From Nemertoderma westbladi (lineage: Eukaryota > Animalia > Xenacoelomorpha): 44,539 nucleotides of DNA. Both the position numbers and the translations under genes were made by a program. Below the pieces are notes generated by a model. That model was not told where the DNA came from, made no database searches, and was given only the letters and a program-made list of their open reading frames with translations. This document shows, in pieces, positions 35,191 through 44,539 of this stretch; within the stretch, counting starts at the first letter, position 1, and every line of letters starts with the position of its first letter. The DNA is taken from positions 1-44,539 of the forward strand of contig JAUCBJ010002773.1 in assembly GCA_032718475.1 (NCBI GenBank), written 5' to 3'.

Positions 35191-36865
35191 ATGAAGCTAG
35201 TATCTGACATAGTTAAAAGTAAACTATCAAAGGAAAACAGCTACTTTATAGATGATCCAACAGACGATTTCATGAATCTCAACATACTTCGTGCGTCACA
35301 CCTTATCGATAAACAACCTTCAACACCATTGAATATCCCTCAGTTGGAAGAGGATTTGAATTATGTATTAGATAAGAAAGATGCTTTACGATTGATATCT
35401 GATCTCAAAAATGGAGTATCCATCGGTTATCAAGGACCAAGAAATACAAGAATAGAGCGAAAAAATAACCGAAGTGCAATCGAAAACGCACAAGCTGTCG
35501 ATGACATTCTAGTGCAGGAGATTCAAAACGGTTACCTCTCCGGTCCCTTTGAAAACCGACCATACATTTTCGAAAACACTCAACTGCAAATCGTTGGAAA
35601 CTTACATTGGAAAGCTGGATGCAAAAGATGCTTTTAAAATAATACCAGTCGCCAAAAACGACTGGCCCCTCCTCGGCATACGTTGGCGTGGCTTGTTCTT
35701 TATCTATACAAGGCTTGTATTTGGATTGCGGACTGCCAGTCGCATATTCCAAAACTACAGTACTGCAATACGTTTAGCAATCGAACGCAGATTAAGCACA
35801 GTCGAAGTGCCAACTGAATACATTACCGACTTAGACACCTTGTCTACCCCAGTCATGCTTAGTCAAGTAAGCGAGCTTGACCATCTCCTAGATGACACCA
35901 TAGTAATAACGATCCATCATCAACAGATCGCTGACCTTATTTTCAAGTTAATAATATCACATTACAATGGATTTGTTATGCCACTAAATACGAAAAAAAT
36001 ATTCAATCCAGCCACACAGCAGATTGTCTTTGGCATTGGTATAAATACAGAAAATGGTCATTTTTTTGTTCCTGAAGATAAGAGAAAGCTAGCCCTTGAA
36101 GAAATAAGAAAACTCAAAGCGGTTGAAATAGGTAGCACACTACTAAAAAGAGACGTGCAGTCCTTGATAGGTCGCCTATCATTCATTGCTAAGGCAATAT
36201 GCGCGAGCCGAATATTCTTGCGTCGATTATTAGACCTGATATCTGTTCCTCTTGAACAAAGTGAATTAAAAAAGACATCAGATATAAACGACGATCTCAA
36301 ATTTTGGGAAATTGCTTTAAACACATTGTCTGCTGGGGGAGCACCGCTCCAACTTCCCAAGATAATACTACCTAGTGAACACAGTCTTTATACAGATGCA
36401 ACATTGTTTGCTATTGGAGTAGTCTGCGACAATCAATGGTTTGCGATGAGCTTCCCAAATTGGTTAGTAGATTTTAAAGATGACATTCAAGTTAAAGAGC
36501 TCATAGGTTTAATTATGGCAGTACTACTGTTCGGACACAAATATTCTGGGAAACGTCTGCTCATTCACACGGACAACTTGTGCAATATCGCCGCCTTAGA
36601 AAAAGGCAGCTCAAATAATAAACGAACAATGGCGATGATACGCCAACTCTATACAGTATGTACAAAACATGGGTTAATGGTATACACAAACTATGTACGG
36701 ACTAACGATAATATAGCCGCAGATATGCTCAGTCGGCTTCAAATAGAACGATTTCTCCAGGAATTCCCACATTCAGAAAATAACCCAGTAAATGTATTAG
36801 AGGCCTGGGACACCATTTCTCAAACTATTCAAGATGCTTATCACTTGAATGCAGGTAGTATATAA
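35191..36865 (+). pseudogene. Ngaro/DIRS-type reverse transcriptase-RNase H, with internal deletion and frameshift at ~35565-35605
   Basis: RT: GVSIGYQGP..NNRSA..EIQNGYLSGPF, KLDAKDAFKIIPV..DWPLLG..W, LVFGLRT, HLLDD, QSLIGRLSF. RNase H: YTDAT, IQVKEL, HTDN, NIAADMLSR. Confidence 0.92.
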
Positions 36866-37069
36866 GTCGTAAACCACTATACCGGTCCGGTGTGTTATTT
36901 TATTTCAAATGTATTACTTATCATGTACATAATATATATACAGCATATATGATATGATTACCGATTAAATATGCAATAGTTTAAATCTTTTAAACGTTAT
37001 TGTTCATGTTACAACCATTAATTATCAAATAAGCGTTAACAGATTAATTTCGTTTAGAATACAGTTTAT

Positions 37070-37996
37070 TCAAACATTAAAAGTAGCAATTTTCTGCTGA
37101 GCTGCGATAATATCCTCGTCATGAGGGCGCACATATATGAGGTAGCAATCACTGCTCCAACGCCCCATTTTCTTGATAACACCTGCTGCAATGCCACACT
37201 TGGCGGCTTCTGTGGCCAATCCAGCACGCATGCTATGACTGCTATACGTTTTTCCATAGCATTTCCGCAGCATGCTATTAAATGAAGAAGCTGTCATCCT
37301 CGAACCATCATCAAACAGAAAGAGGAAAGCATCTGCATGAGCAACACGGTCTCGGCAATGAATGTAACGTAACAAAGCAGTATATGGGCAGATGAAGCCA
37401 ACAGTCTTGGCCACAGGACATGGCTGTGGTAACGCAGTGGTTTTAGTAGCGAGAACCATTAAGGTCAAATGGTCTTGATGGAATTCAACATTAGACCTCT
37501 TCAGAGCGAGTAATTCCGAAATTCGTAACGCCGAAAAGAATCCAACATACAAACAAGCCCTAAAGCACCGAAAATTCCATGTTGAAACTCTTCCAAAGTT
37601 TCGTTCATACTTAGAAACGAAAACACATAAGTCTTGCAGTCTTAAAGGTGTAGCTCGTTGTACAACCGAAACAGAACTATTCCTATATCCACGTAACAGC
37701 TGGGATAATCGTGAGTCATCACAATTTATTGCTACGTTCCGAATCCTTGCTTCATTCTTTATACCGCTCAACATGCATTGAACTGTGTTGGGACTAAACG
37801 AATGACACCAAGCATAGACCACAAAACCCTCTAACTTATCTAAAGTCACAGGGCCGGGCACTAGGCGGGAAATATGACACCACTCAACATATTGTTTCCA
37901 CCAATTGGCATATTTCTTCTTAGTAGATGGACGTAAGCTGCTATCGTACAGTTTACAAAGAAGACTTCTAGTTTGGGGGTTTGGGGTTGTTGTCAT
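37070..37996 (-). CDS. Tyrosine recombinase (DIRS-order integrase), intact, 308 aa
   Basis: ST...Y...W N-terminal motif. Catalytic set R (LRISEL), K (TKT), HxxR (HSMR), W (GRWSS), Y (YVR). Confidence 0.95.
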   Translation of the reverse strand: MTTTPNPQTRSLLCKLYDSSLRPSTKKKYANWWKQYVEWCHISRLVPGPVTLDKLEGFVVYAWCHSFSPNTVQCMLSGIKNEARIRNVAINCDDSRLSQLLRGYRNSSVSVVQRATPLRLQDLCVFVSKYERNFGRVSTWNFRCFRACLYVGFFSALRISELLALKRSNVEFHQDHLTLMVLATKTTALPQPCPVAKTVGFICPYTALLRYIHCRDRVAHADAFLFLFDDGSRMTASSFNSMLRKCYGKTYSSHSMRAGLATEAAKCGIAAGVIKKMGRWSSDCYLIYVRPHDEDIIAAQQKIATFNV

Positions 37997-38057
37997 CTGA
38001 AATGTATTATGATTTTTTGAGACACCAATTCCCGGGCGAGTAACACGTTTTACCCCA
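37983..38057 (+). repeat. Split direct repeat B1 (75 bp), contains the YR start codon
   Basis: Identical to 38516-38590. Confidence 0.95.
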
Positions 38058-38168
38058 GAACAAATACTACATACTAATCCTGTAATCTCTACTATAAACT
38101 ATGTTACAATATAACTACTGTAAATATAAACTACACTCACATTGCAGCGCAGACTGGTGTGGCAGTAA

Positions 38169-38439
38169 TAGATCTTTTCTACAGAAAGGATATTTGATGA
38201 CACAAAAAGTAGGCGATCTAAATTTACCCTGTTAACCTGTACTATACAGTACAGCCAATATAATTCCGGCATTATACATTGTAGTTTAAGTTTTGGCCAA
38301 TGAGACTCAAGCAAATCCAATTGTCAACAACTGGAACTTATGTACTGTAACACAACACACACATGTTAACCACTGTGGTTTTAGCTGAAGGATCAGATTT
38401 TTCTTTTAGATGCTGTATATCCAAACTTTAAGATTTTTT
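38169..38439 (+). repeat. Split direct repeat A2
   Basis: Matches 23023-23293. Confidence 0.95.
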
Positions 38440-38515
38440 CCCACCCATTCCCTCCCTTTATGCAGAGTTATGTACATTATTATTATTCTTTCCCATTCAC
38501 GGGTTACACGCAGCA

Positions 38516-38590
38516 GGGGTTGTTGTCATCTGAAATGTATTATGATTTTTTGAGACACCAATTCCCGGGCGAGTAACACGTTTTACCCCA
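38516..38590 (+). repeat. Split direct repeat B2 (right terminus of the YR element)
   Basis: Matches 37983-38057 and is immediately followed by resumption of the MITE. Confidence 0.95.
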
Positions 38591-39237
38591 AGACTTATCG
38601 GTCATCGGAGATCTTCAAAATGTATAATCTCCAGTTCTAGTGGTCGTACGAAGTTCGTTTTAGGCTCATTCGAAAGCTCTTTTCTCAGAGACCAAAGTTA
38701 CCATTTGGTTTGGCGAACTCTTGAAGGCTGCCTGAGAAATCATAACTTGAACAAAATTTGCGAGGCATATTTTACCCAAATTCATGTTATGTTGCTTCAC
38801 AACCATTTTATCTTAAATCAAATGGTAACTTTGTTCTCTAAGAAAAGAGCTTTTGAATGAGCCTAAAACGAACTTCGTACGACCACCAGAACTGGAGATT
38901 ATACATTTTGAAGATCTCCGATTACTGATAAGTCTATTCCGTGTAATCCCGCAAAGACCGCGAGTCGCTTATTCGAGTCCCATCTTCATTCTGGAGACTT
39001 GAAGTTGTCTGATAAACTGTTCAGTAGGTCCAATAATCATAAAAAAATACCTTCTCAACTAAAATTTTGTGCTCTTTCTCGTGGAGACATCCAATTGGCG
39101 CCAATGAGCACATAAATTTGCAGAAATTGAATACAAACCCAAACTTCATCGCCTTTGGATTCAGCATGAAATTCTGCATCAGATAGGATATGTTTCAAAA
39201 ATTCGTCTTTTTGGTCAGAAAATGCGCTACCCCCCCC
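38591..39237. mobile_element. Kolobok-like foldback MITE, right portion
   Basis: 38591-38710 is the inverted repeat of 38815-38935. Ends GCGCTACCCCCCCC followed by TTAA (39238-39241). A TTAA TSD with RR..YY termini is the Kolobok pattern. Confidence 0.8.
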
Positions 39238-39370
39238 TTAAACATTCACGAGAACTCTCGCGTCGTCGTCCGTGTAAGCCGTAGACCGGTTGTCTCATCC
39301 TCACCACGTACGATTTCCTGAGTTTATTTCTACTCGCTGCGCTAGAATGCCGATTCGTCCCGAATATAAC

Positions 39371-39405
39371 GGGGACTAATGAAACACCTCCAATGTTGTC
39401 TAATA
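39371..39405 (-). mobile_element. Very short inverted RTE fragment
   Basis: The reverse complement AACATTGGAGGTGTTTCATTAGTCCCC matches 20071-20098 (NIGGVSLVP). Confidence 0.55.
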
Positions 39406-40583
39406 AAGTGCCGGCTTGACTGGCTCGCCGTTGAATGAATGAATATCGTCTCATTTAGAGATGTGTTCATTGTACTTGACACAATAAACCCGGTGTAGCA
39501 TTCTTCTGTAAGTGCCACCCAGAGCTTTTGTATCCTCTGGAGTTAGAGAGAGCCCAGCATGGTGGAGATATAAGAGTACTGGTATTTACTACTGCTGCCC
39601 TAAATAATCTAAGCTTGAGGTTCCATTTTATTCTATGGGACTTACATTTATTCTATTAGGCAGACTATTGACCTGACCATTGTTGCCACTACGTATTGAC
39701 CTTATAAATCTCATCCAATATTGCATGCTGAAGGCTGGCTATAGTTATTGTGAGAGTTTGTTTTTGTGCTAATAATTAGGTCCGCCCAAGCAAGCAGTTA
39801 TCCCCAACTCGGCAACTCTCCCACTCCCATATGAGCGGCAAATAAGTAACTCCAGCCCAGAGTTCATTCACCACATCGTTTGGATACCAGTAAAGTACAA
39901 CAGCGGGTAACCCTGTAGGTTGTAGCTTATGTTAAGTCCACCTCCCTGTTGGTTCCCTTTATATCTGTGACTCCGATGTGTAATGTGTCCTGCCTGCCAA
40001 ATTTGTTGGTTAGTTCCATTCTCACTGGTTGTAAGGATTAAATGATAAGGATCAGCCTGTTACTCTGTGACGTCATAATAGTGTAGTGCGCCGCTTCCGA
40101 CTACTGATTGGGTGTATTTGCGAGTGTGTTCCCAGTTGTGCCTGTAGAGTGTGCGCGGCCGGTGGATACAACTAATTTATGGCTTGTTGGCACTCATCAT
40201 TATCACTCATTTGATTCATGCAAATAATAATAATATACATTGAAAAAATTTATTTTTTAATTTGAAATATTTATTTGCTTTCGAAGAAAGTTCAGTACGT
40301 AATGTTATTTATTTCGTACAACTATTTACCGCGGGTTACTTTATTCGACGGGTTAGTTTGCTTTATGCGTCTACCTCACAGGTAGTATATAATATGGGAT
40401 GGGGTAAACTGCAAAGTGAAATATACTGCAGAAAGTCTGGTATATTTACACATAGACCAGACATTAGTTTCTCCAAACTTGACACTTCTACTACAGAGCT
40501 GCATCCACTTTGCAGGTCTTGCAGGACTTTCGCATGATTACTAGCCAGTGCTCAGTGCAAGATATTGTGCTTTCGCGGCAGAA

Positions 40584-41548
40584 AATAAGCATGATAGACG
40601 GTCCATGACTTTCTTGAGACGCCTCTTATAAGACACTGGCCTTGAAGGGTATACAGACGTTTCGGTCCAGTTTGGATGTAATAAACATAATTCATTAGTT
40701 ATTATTTATAAATATAATGTATAACTTCGATCTTAACTACTTTCAAATAGGTGGAGCAATTCCTAGTGGCAACCGCTCTAGTAACGCAACAACTTCAAAA
40801 CAAATCTATTGAATAACTTAAAAATTATGTTTGCTTATTTGTAAGGAGAGATGACGAGGATGACATATTTAAAAATATAGTAGAATAGCATAATATTTAA
40901 TAATCGAAGTAAAATAAAGTAATTAAGTTAATTTTGTAACAATGTCACGTTTGGAGGACTAACTACTGTAGCATTGGTATTTCGCATACCGGTAGCATTT
41001 TGTAGAACACGTGAACACGTCTTGTTTATCACATATAACTTATAGAAGGCGGAGGCGAAGGGGAGCACAGCGCAAATTAACAGAATGACTAACAAAATCC
41101 CGTAATTTATATTATTATATTATAAGCTTCTACAAATAAACCTTGTATAACTACTGAGGCTAATTCCTTTGCGTTAGGTTCTATAACCGCGTATAATCAC
41201 CTTCTGAGACATACGATAGTCTATGTACAGTATAATAGCGATTGGAGGTTAAAAGTAGTAAGATAATGACATAGGGTATTACGCATAATCTTCTACATAA
41301 CTAAACCTTATATTTGACTTATTTAAGGGAGTAAGTGAATCTTTGGGCCAAAACGTCCGGAAAGCAAACCTTGTATTTCACTCATAGGGCCAAAACGTCC
41401 TACCCCAAAACGTCTTAGAACGAAACGTCTGTTACCCGCCTTGAAGATGCGGATAATCTCGAGAAAGCCATGGGGTGTAGGGAGTTGTGGCGGCGTAATT
41501 TTGTTGCTAGAACTGCTTATCATTCAGCTGCAATGTAGCATGCCTAGT
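40584..41548 (+). mobile_element. Degenerate RTE 3'-end fragment split by a DNA transposon (pieces 40584-40646 and 41438-41548)
   Basis: The two pieces align consecutively with 20203-20385. Confidence 0.8.
40647..41437. mobile_element. Non-autonomous DNA transposon with ~17-bp TIRs and 8-9-bp TSD (superfamily unassigned; MuDR- or Merlin-like)
   Basis: TSD GCCTTGAA(G) at 40639 and 41438. TIRs GGGTATACAGACGTTTCG and CGAAACGTCTGTTACCC. Subterminal AAACGTC repeats at 41345-41430. Confidence 0.82.
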
Positions 41549-41984
41549 TTGAACCTATATGATTTTGTACGGAATATTCGTTTATTAATTAGTAGACGCG
41601 GACCTTTGTGCGATTTTGCGCTTATTCTTTCTGACGCATTGCTAATTGTAGTGCCGACCTGGTAGACAGCAAACACCGAGAAAGATAAACTCACATCCAA
41701 TCTTTACCTGATAAATATTTATCACCTAACAAATTTATTGTGTATCTGATAACGAAACTGAAAGTATTGCAATAATTCCCGTTTATTGTTTTGGTTTCTG
41801 ATCGGAGATCCGATAACAACGTGCTACGCTATCTAATCTGAATGGCGGGATACCGGAGAACTTAGACATAAAAGATGATATTGTATGTTCGTTCCAGGAT
41901 CGCGAAAGTGTATCCCGCAGTAAGTTCTGTAAAATATCAGATTAATCTCACAACGATAATTTTGGCTCATGTGAAGTATACCAT

Positions 41985-42530
41985 AATTTCTGCTGTTTTA
42001 TTTCACTTTGCAGTTTACCCCCCTGTGTAGATTATCAGGTTTTCACTAAAACCACAGGATTCAGAAGGGCTGATTCTAACCAAAACAATAAACGAATAAG
42101 TATCTATACAGGTTATAAGACAGATATGACATAAGCGCTATAAAACACTTAATAAGGAGAACTTTGAAAAAATACAAATTCTTCATATATAAAATTGCAG
42201 TAGAATTTCGACCGAAAAGTTAAAATCTGGCCCATGAAGAATACCAGACTTTCTGACGTTACATTTCACTTTGCAATTCCCCATGTGAAGAATACCAGGT
42301 TTTCACCAAAAACACAGGTTACGGAAGGGCTGAATCTAACCAAAACAATAAACGAATTAGTATATGTACAGGTTATAAGACATAAATAAGCGCTATAAAA
42401 CACTTAATAAAGATAAATTTAAAAAATATAAAAAATCTTCATATATAAAATTCCTTAAAAAGTCGACCGAAAAGAGAAATCCTGGTATTCTTTACATGGG
42501 CGGAAAACCTGGTATTCTTCACATTGACGG
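41985..42530 (+). repeat. Two tandem diverged copies of a ~250-bp dispersed repeat (MITE-like)
   Basis: 41985-42227 resembles 42250-42480. CCCATG-AAGAATACCAG motifs occur in inverted orientation at 42231 and ~42482-42525. Confidence 0.75.
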
Positions 42531-43287
42531 AAATTTTAAACTCCATTGCTAATTTATCACGTAAATTAATTTGCATTTGCTCATATAGGTTAGTCGCACA
42601 ATAGGAATACAACTCGCAATTCTAGAAATTATTTATTGTTTATCTAGTTTAGGGCGAACCATTTTATCTGGCTGGGCAGAGAACGGAAAAAAATAAAACC
42701 TTACAATGTAAAATTAGTTTATCGGCGTCATAGCAACGCACCACATACGCGCGCGGTCATTGACCTTTCCACTGAGTTTGAGAAACACCTGGGAATTTAA
42801 GTGGCTTGGTTTCTCTCATTCATATGTGGTGATTAACCTGTGTGTGGGTAGCAAGCAATTATCTAATGAGCTTTGAGGTTATCTGTCAGAAGAGAATAGC
42901 CTAGAGGTTGAAAAGAAATCACTCGTCAAGTTTAAAGTCATTTTTCTTTCTCTGATTTTGATAACATAGTGGTTTCAATAATACTATAGGTGTACATTAA
43001 ATTATTAAAAAATAAATTAAAATACGGTCTCAGGACATGGTATGCGAAAAAATAAGTTGTTTGCTTTGTTTCTGTATTTTTTTAATTTTTAAAATAGTTT
43101 TGTTTTTTATTTATTTATTAATAGTGTGAGCATATGTGCCTCTGTCGTTAATTTCTCAAATATTTTTTCAAATTTCGTTACATTGTCAGACCCATAAGTG
43201 ATGTTTAAACATGAGCTCTATTCTTATTTCGGTTAAATTATTATTATGAATATGAATATTATTATATGACTTTTTATTGAGATATTA

Positions 43288-43509
43288 TATATGAAGATTT
43301 TTTTATTTTTTTAAATTTATCTTTATTAAGTGTTTTATAGCGCTTATTTCTGTCGTATAACCTGTACATATACTAATTCGTTTATTGTTTTGGTTAGATT
43401 CAGCCCTTCTGTAACCTGTGTTTTTGGTGAAAACCTGGTATTCTTCACATGGGGGTAACTGCAAAGTGAAATGTAACGGCAGAAAGTCTGGTATTCTTAA
43501 CATGGGCCA
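43288..43509 (-). repeat. Inverted copy of the same ~250-bp family
   Basis: Reverse complement of 42228-42448. A further partial copy lies at 40398-40460. Confidence 0.8.
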
Positions 43510-43544
43510 ATCATTTTCCAAAATATACAAAATGTCAACAATCA

Positions 43545-43680
43545 GGAATCCCTGGTTCGACCCCTAGATGGGTAGCACTGTTTGGGCACATTGCTTTTAA
43601 TGCTGCAGCCTAGCCCAACCCTGGCTCAACAGACTTCCACTCTCTCTGTTTACTGTTGAAGATCCCTTATTAAATAGGTT
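43545..43680 (+). mobile_element. Possible tRNA-derived SINE remnant
   Basis: B-box-like GGTTCGACCCC at ~43553. No A box or cloverleaf. Confidence 0.25.
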
Positions 43681-44539
43681 TAGATATATTAAAAAGTTAA
43701 AAACATATTTCTTAAAGCAAATCACTTGAACTAATTAATAACTATACTGGGATGGGGTATGGGGATTACAGATGTATTATTTTTAAGTAAAATGAATTTA
43801 AATCTAGAAAATAATTCAATTCCATGAAAGGCCACACTGAAAATGGGTGAGTACAAAACAAAGACCCAATTATAAAGACCTGCATAATCTTGTAACATGT
43901 GTTAACTTTCGTTTATTGTTTTGGTTCCCACAATATGCCTCTGTAACCTGTTCCTTTAAAATCCTAATTCCTAATCATAAATTTGTGTAACACGTTTGGT
44001 TAGATTTCATCTAGGATATGGCTGATTTATTAGCGTTAGAAATATTGGGATCAACCGATCGTCAGACAGACATATTGAGATAGTGGTACCCATATGCTAA
44101 GCTCGCTTACTTTCGTGGCTCGCCCCACATTTAAACGGGCAAGTTTTATCTCGCAATAACGTGATGAGCTTAGTGTAATTAATCGAGAATTATACTCTAT
44201 AAATAGATTCGATTATTGATTTCTTACTATTGCGCAACATGGTATTGTTGCCAAAAAGGTGAAGTTTGCATTTTATATACGATAAGAAATTATGTTAAAC
44301 GTGTGTGCGGTGCGTGCGTCTATAGAACTGCGTTGTTAGTGTAGCCTATCTCTACACATTGTAATTCCTAGTAAACTCTTTGGACATTTGTATTATTGTA
44401 CACCTGGGTGTATTTAATATTTCCTCTAGATTTCTTGGCTGTCGTTCTGGCATCCTCATATAGATAAAAACAGATAACCTGTATTGTATTGTAACAATTA
44501 CTCATCTACTATAGTTACTATTATAGGACTTACTAATCC

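Larger units (their letters stand above)
23023..38590 (+). mobile_element. Tyrosine-recombinase (DIRS-order) retrotransposon with split direct repeats, Ngaro/PAT-like, recombinase antisense
   Basis: A1(23023-23293)-gag-RT/RH-YR(-)-B1-A2-B2. No TSD. No methyltransferase domain seen after RNase H. Confidence 0.9.

Noticed and set aside
37070-37996. Phage integrase, bacterial contamination or stand-alone Crypton
   Set aside because: It lies between a DIRS-type RT/RH and the split repeats, its start is inside repeat B, and its GRWxSxxY motif is DIRS-like.
23023-38439. A1/A2 as LTRs of a Gypsy/Copia element
   Set aside because: No TG..CA termini, TSD or DDE integrase. YR and the B repeats indicate DIRS-order split direct repeats.
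22615-39241. piggyBac or Harbinger assignment of the foldback MITE
   Set aside because: piggyBac termini start with pyrimidines (CC) whereas these start with G. Trinucleotide flanks (TAA vs TTA) do not match as a Harbinger TSD.
42225-43512. Single foldback element with ATC TSD
   Set aside because: The copy at 40398-40460 shows that family similarity extends past the supposed terminus, so the 3-bp match is probably chance.

Overview
Repeat-dominated, gene-free eukaryotic DNA, probably invertebrate (inferred from the element repertoire). No host gene, rRNA, intact tRNA or CRISPR is supportable. 1-10.8 kb is a head-to-tail ~6 kb duplication: 62-bp array, ~480 bp unique DNA, then a 33-bp palindrome-rich satellite. 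12.1-18.75 kb is an unrelated 33-bp satellite. The many long ORFs in these arrays are repeat artefacts. 22.6-39.2 kb is a triple nest. A TTAA-flanked foldback MITE (Kolobok-like) is split, with no TSD, by a split-direct-repeat (A1...B1-A2-B2) tyrosine-recombinase retrotransposon (Ngaro/PAT-like) whose recombinase is on the opposite strand. Its gag is interrupted by a ~9 kb antisense RTEX-like LINE. That LINE has an intact 1838-aa ORF1 carrying two peptide-repeat arrays and a Ulp1/SENP-type cysteine protease with all catalytic residues. Both large retroelements have internal deletions in their RT cores. RTE fragments, a Harbinger-like MITE, an 8-9-bp-TSD DNA transposon and a dispersed ~250-bp repeat family fill the rest. 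All calls come from reading motifs by eye; no searches were run.
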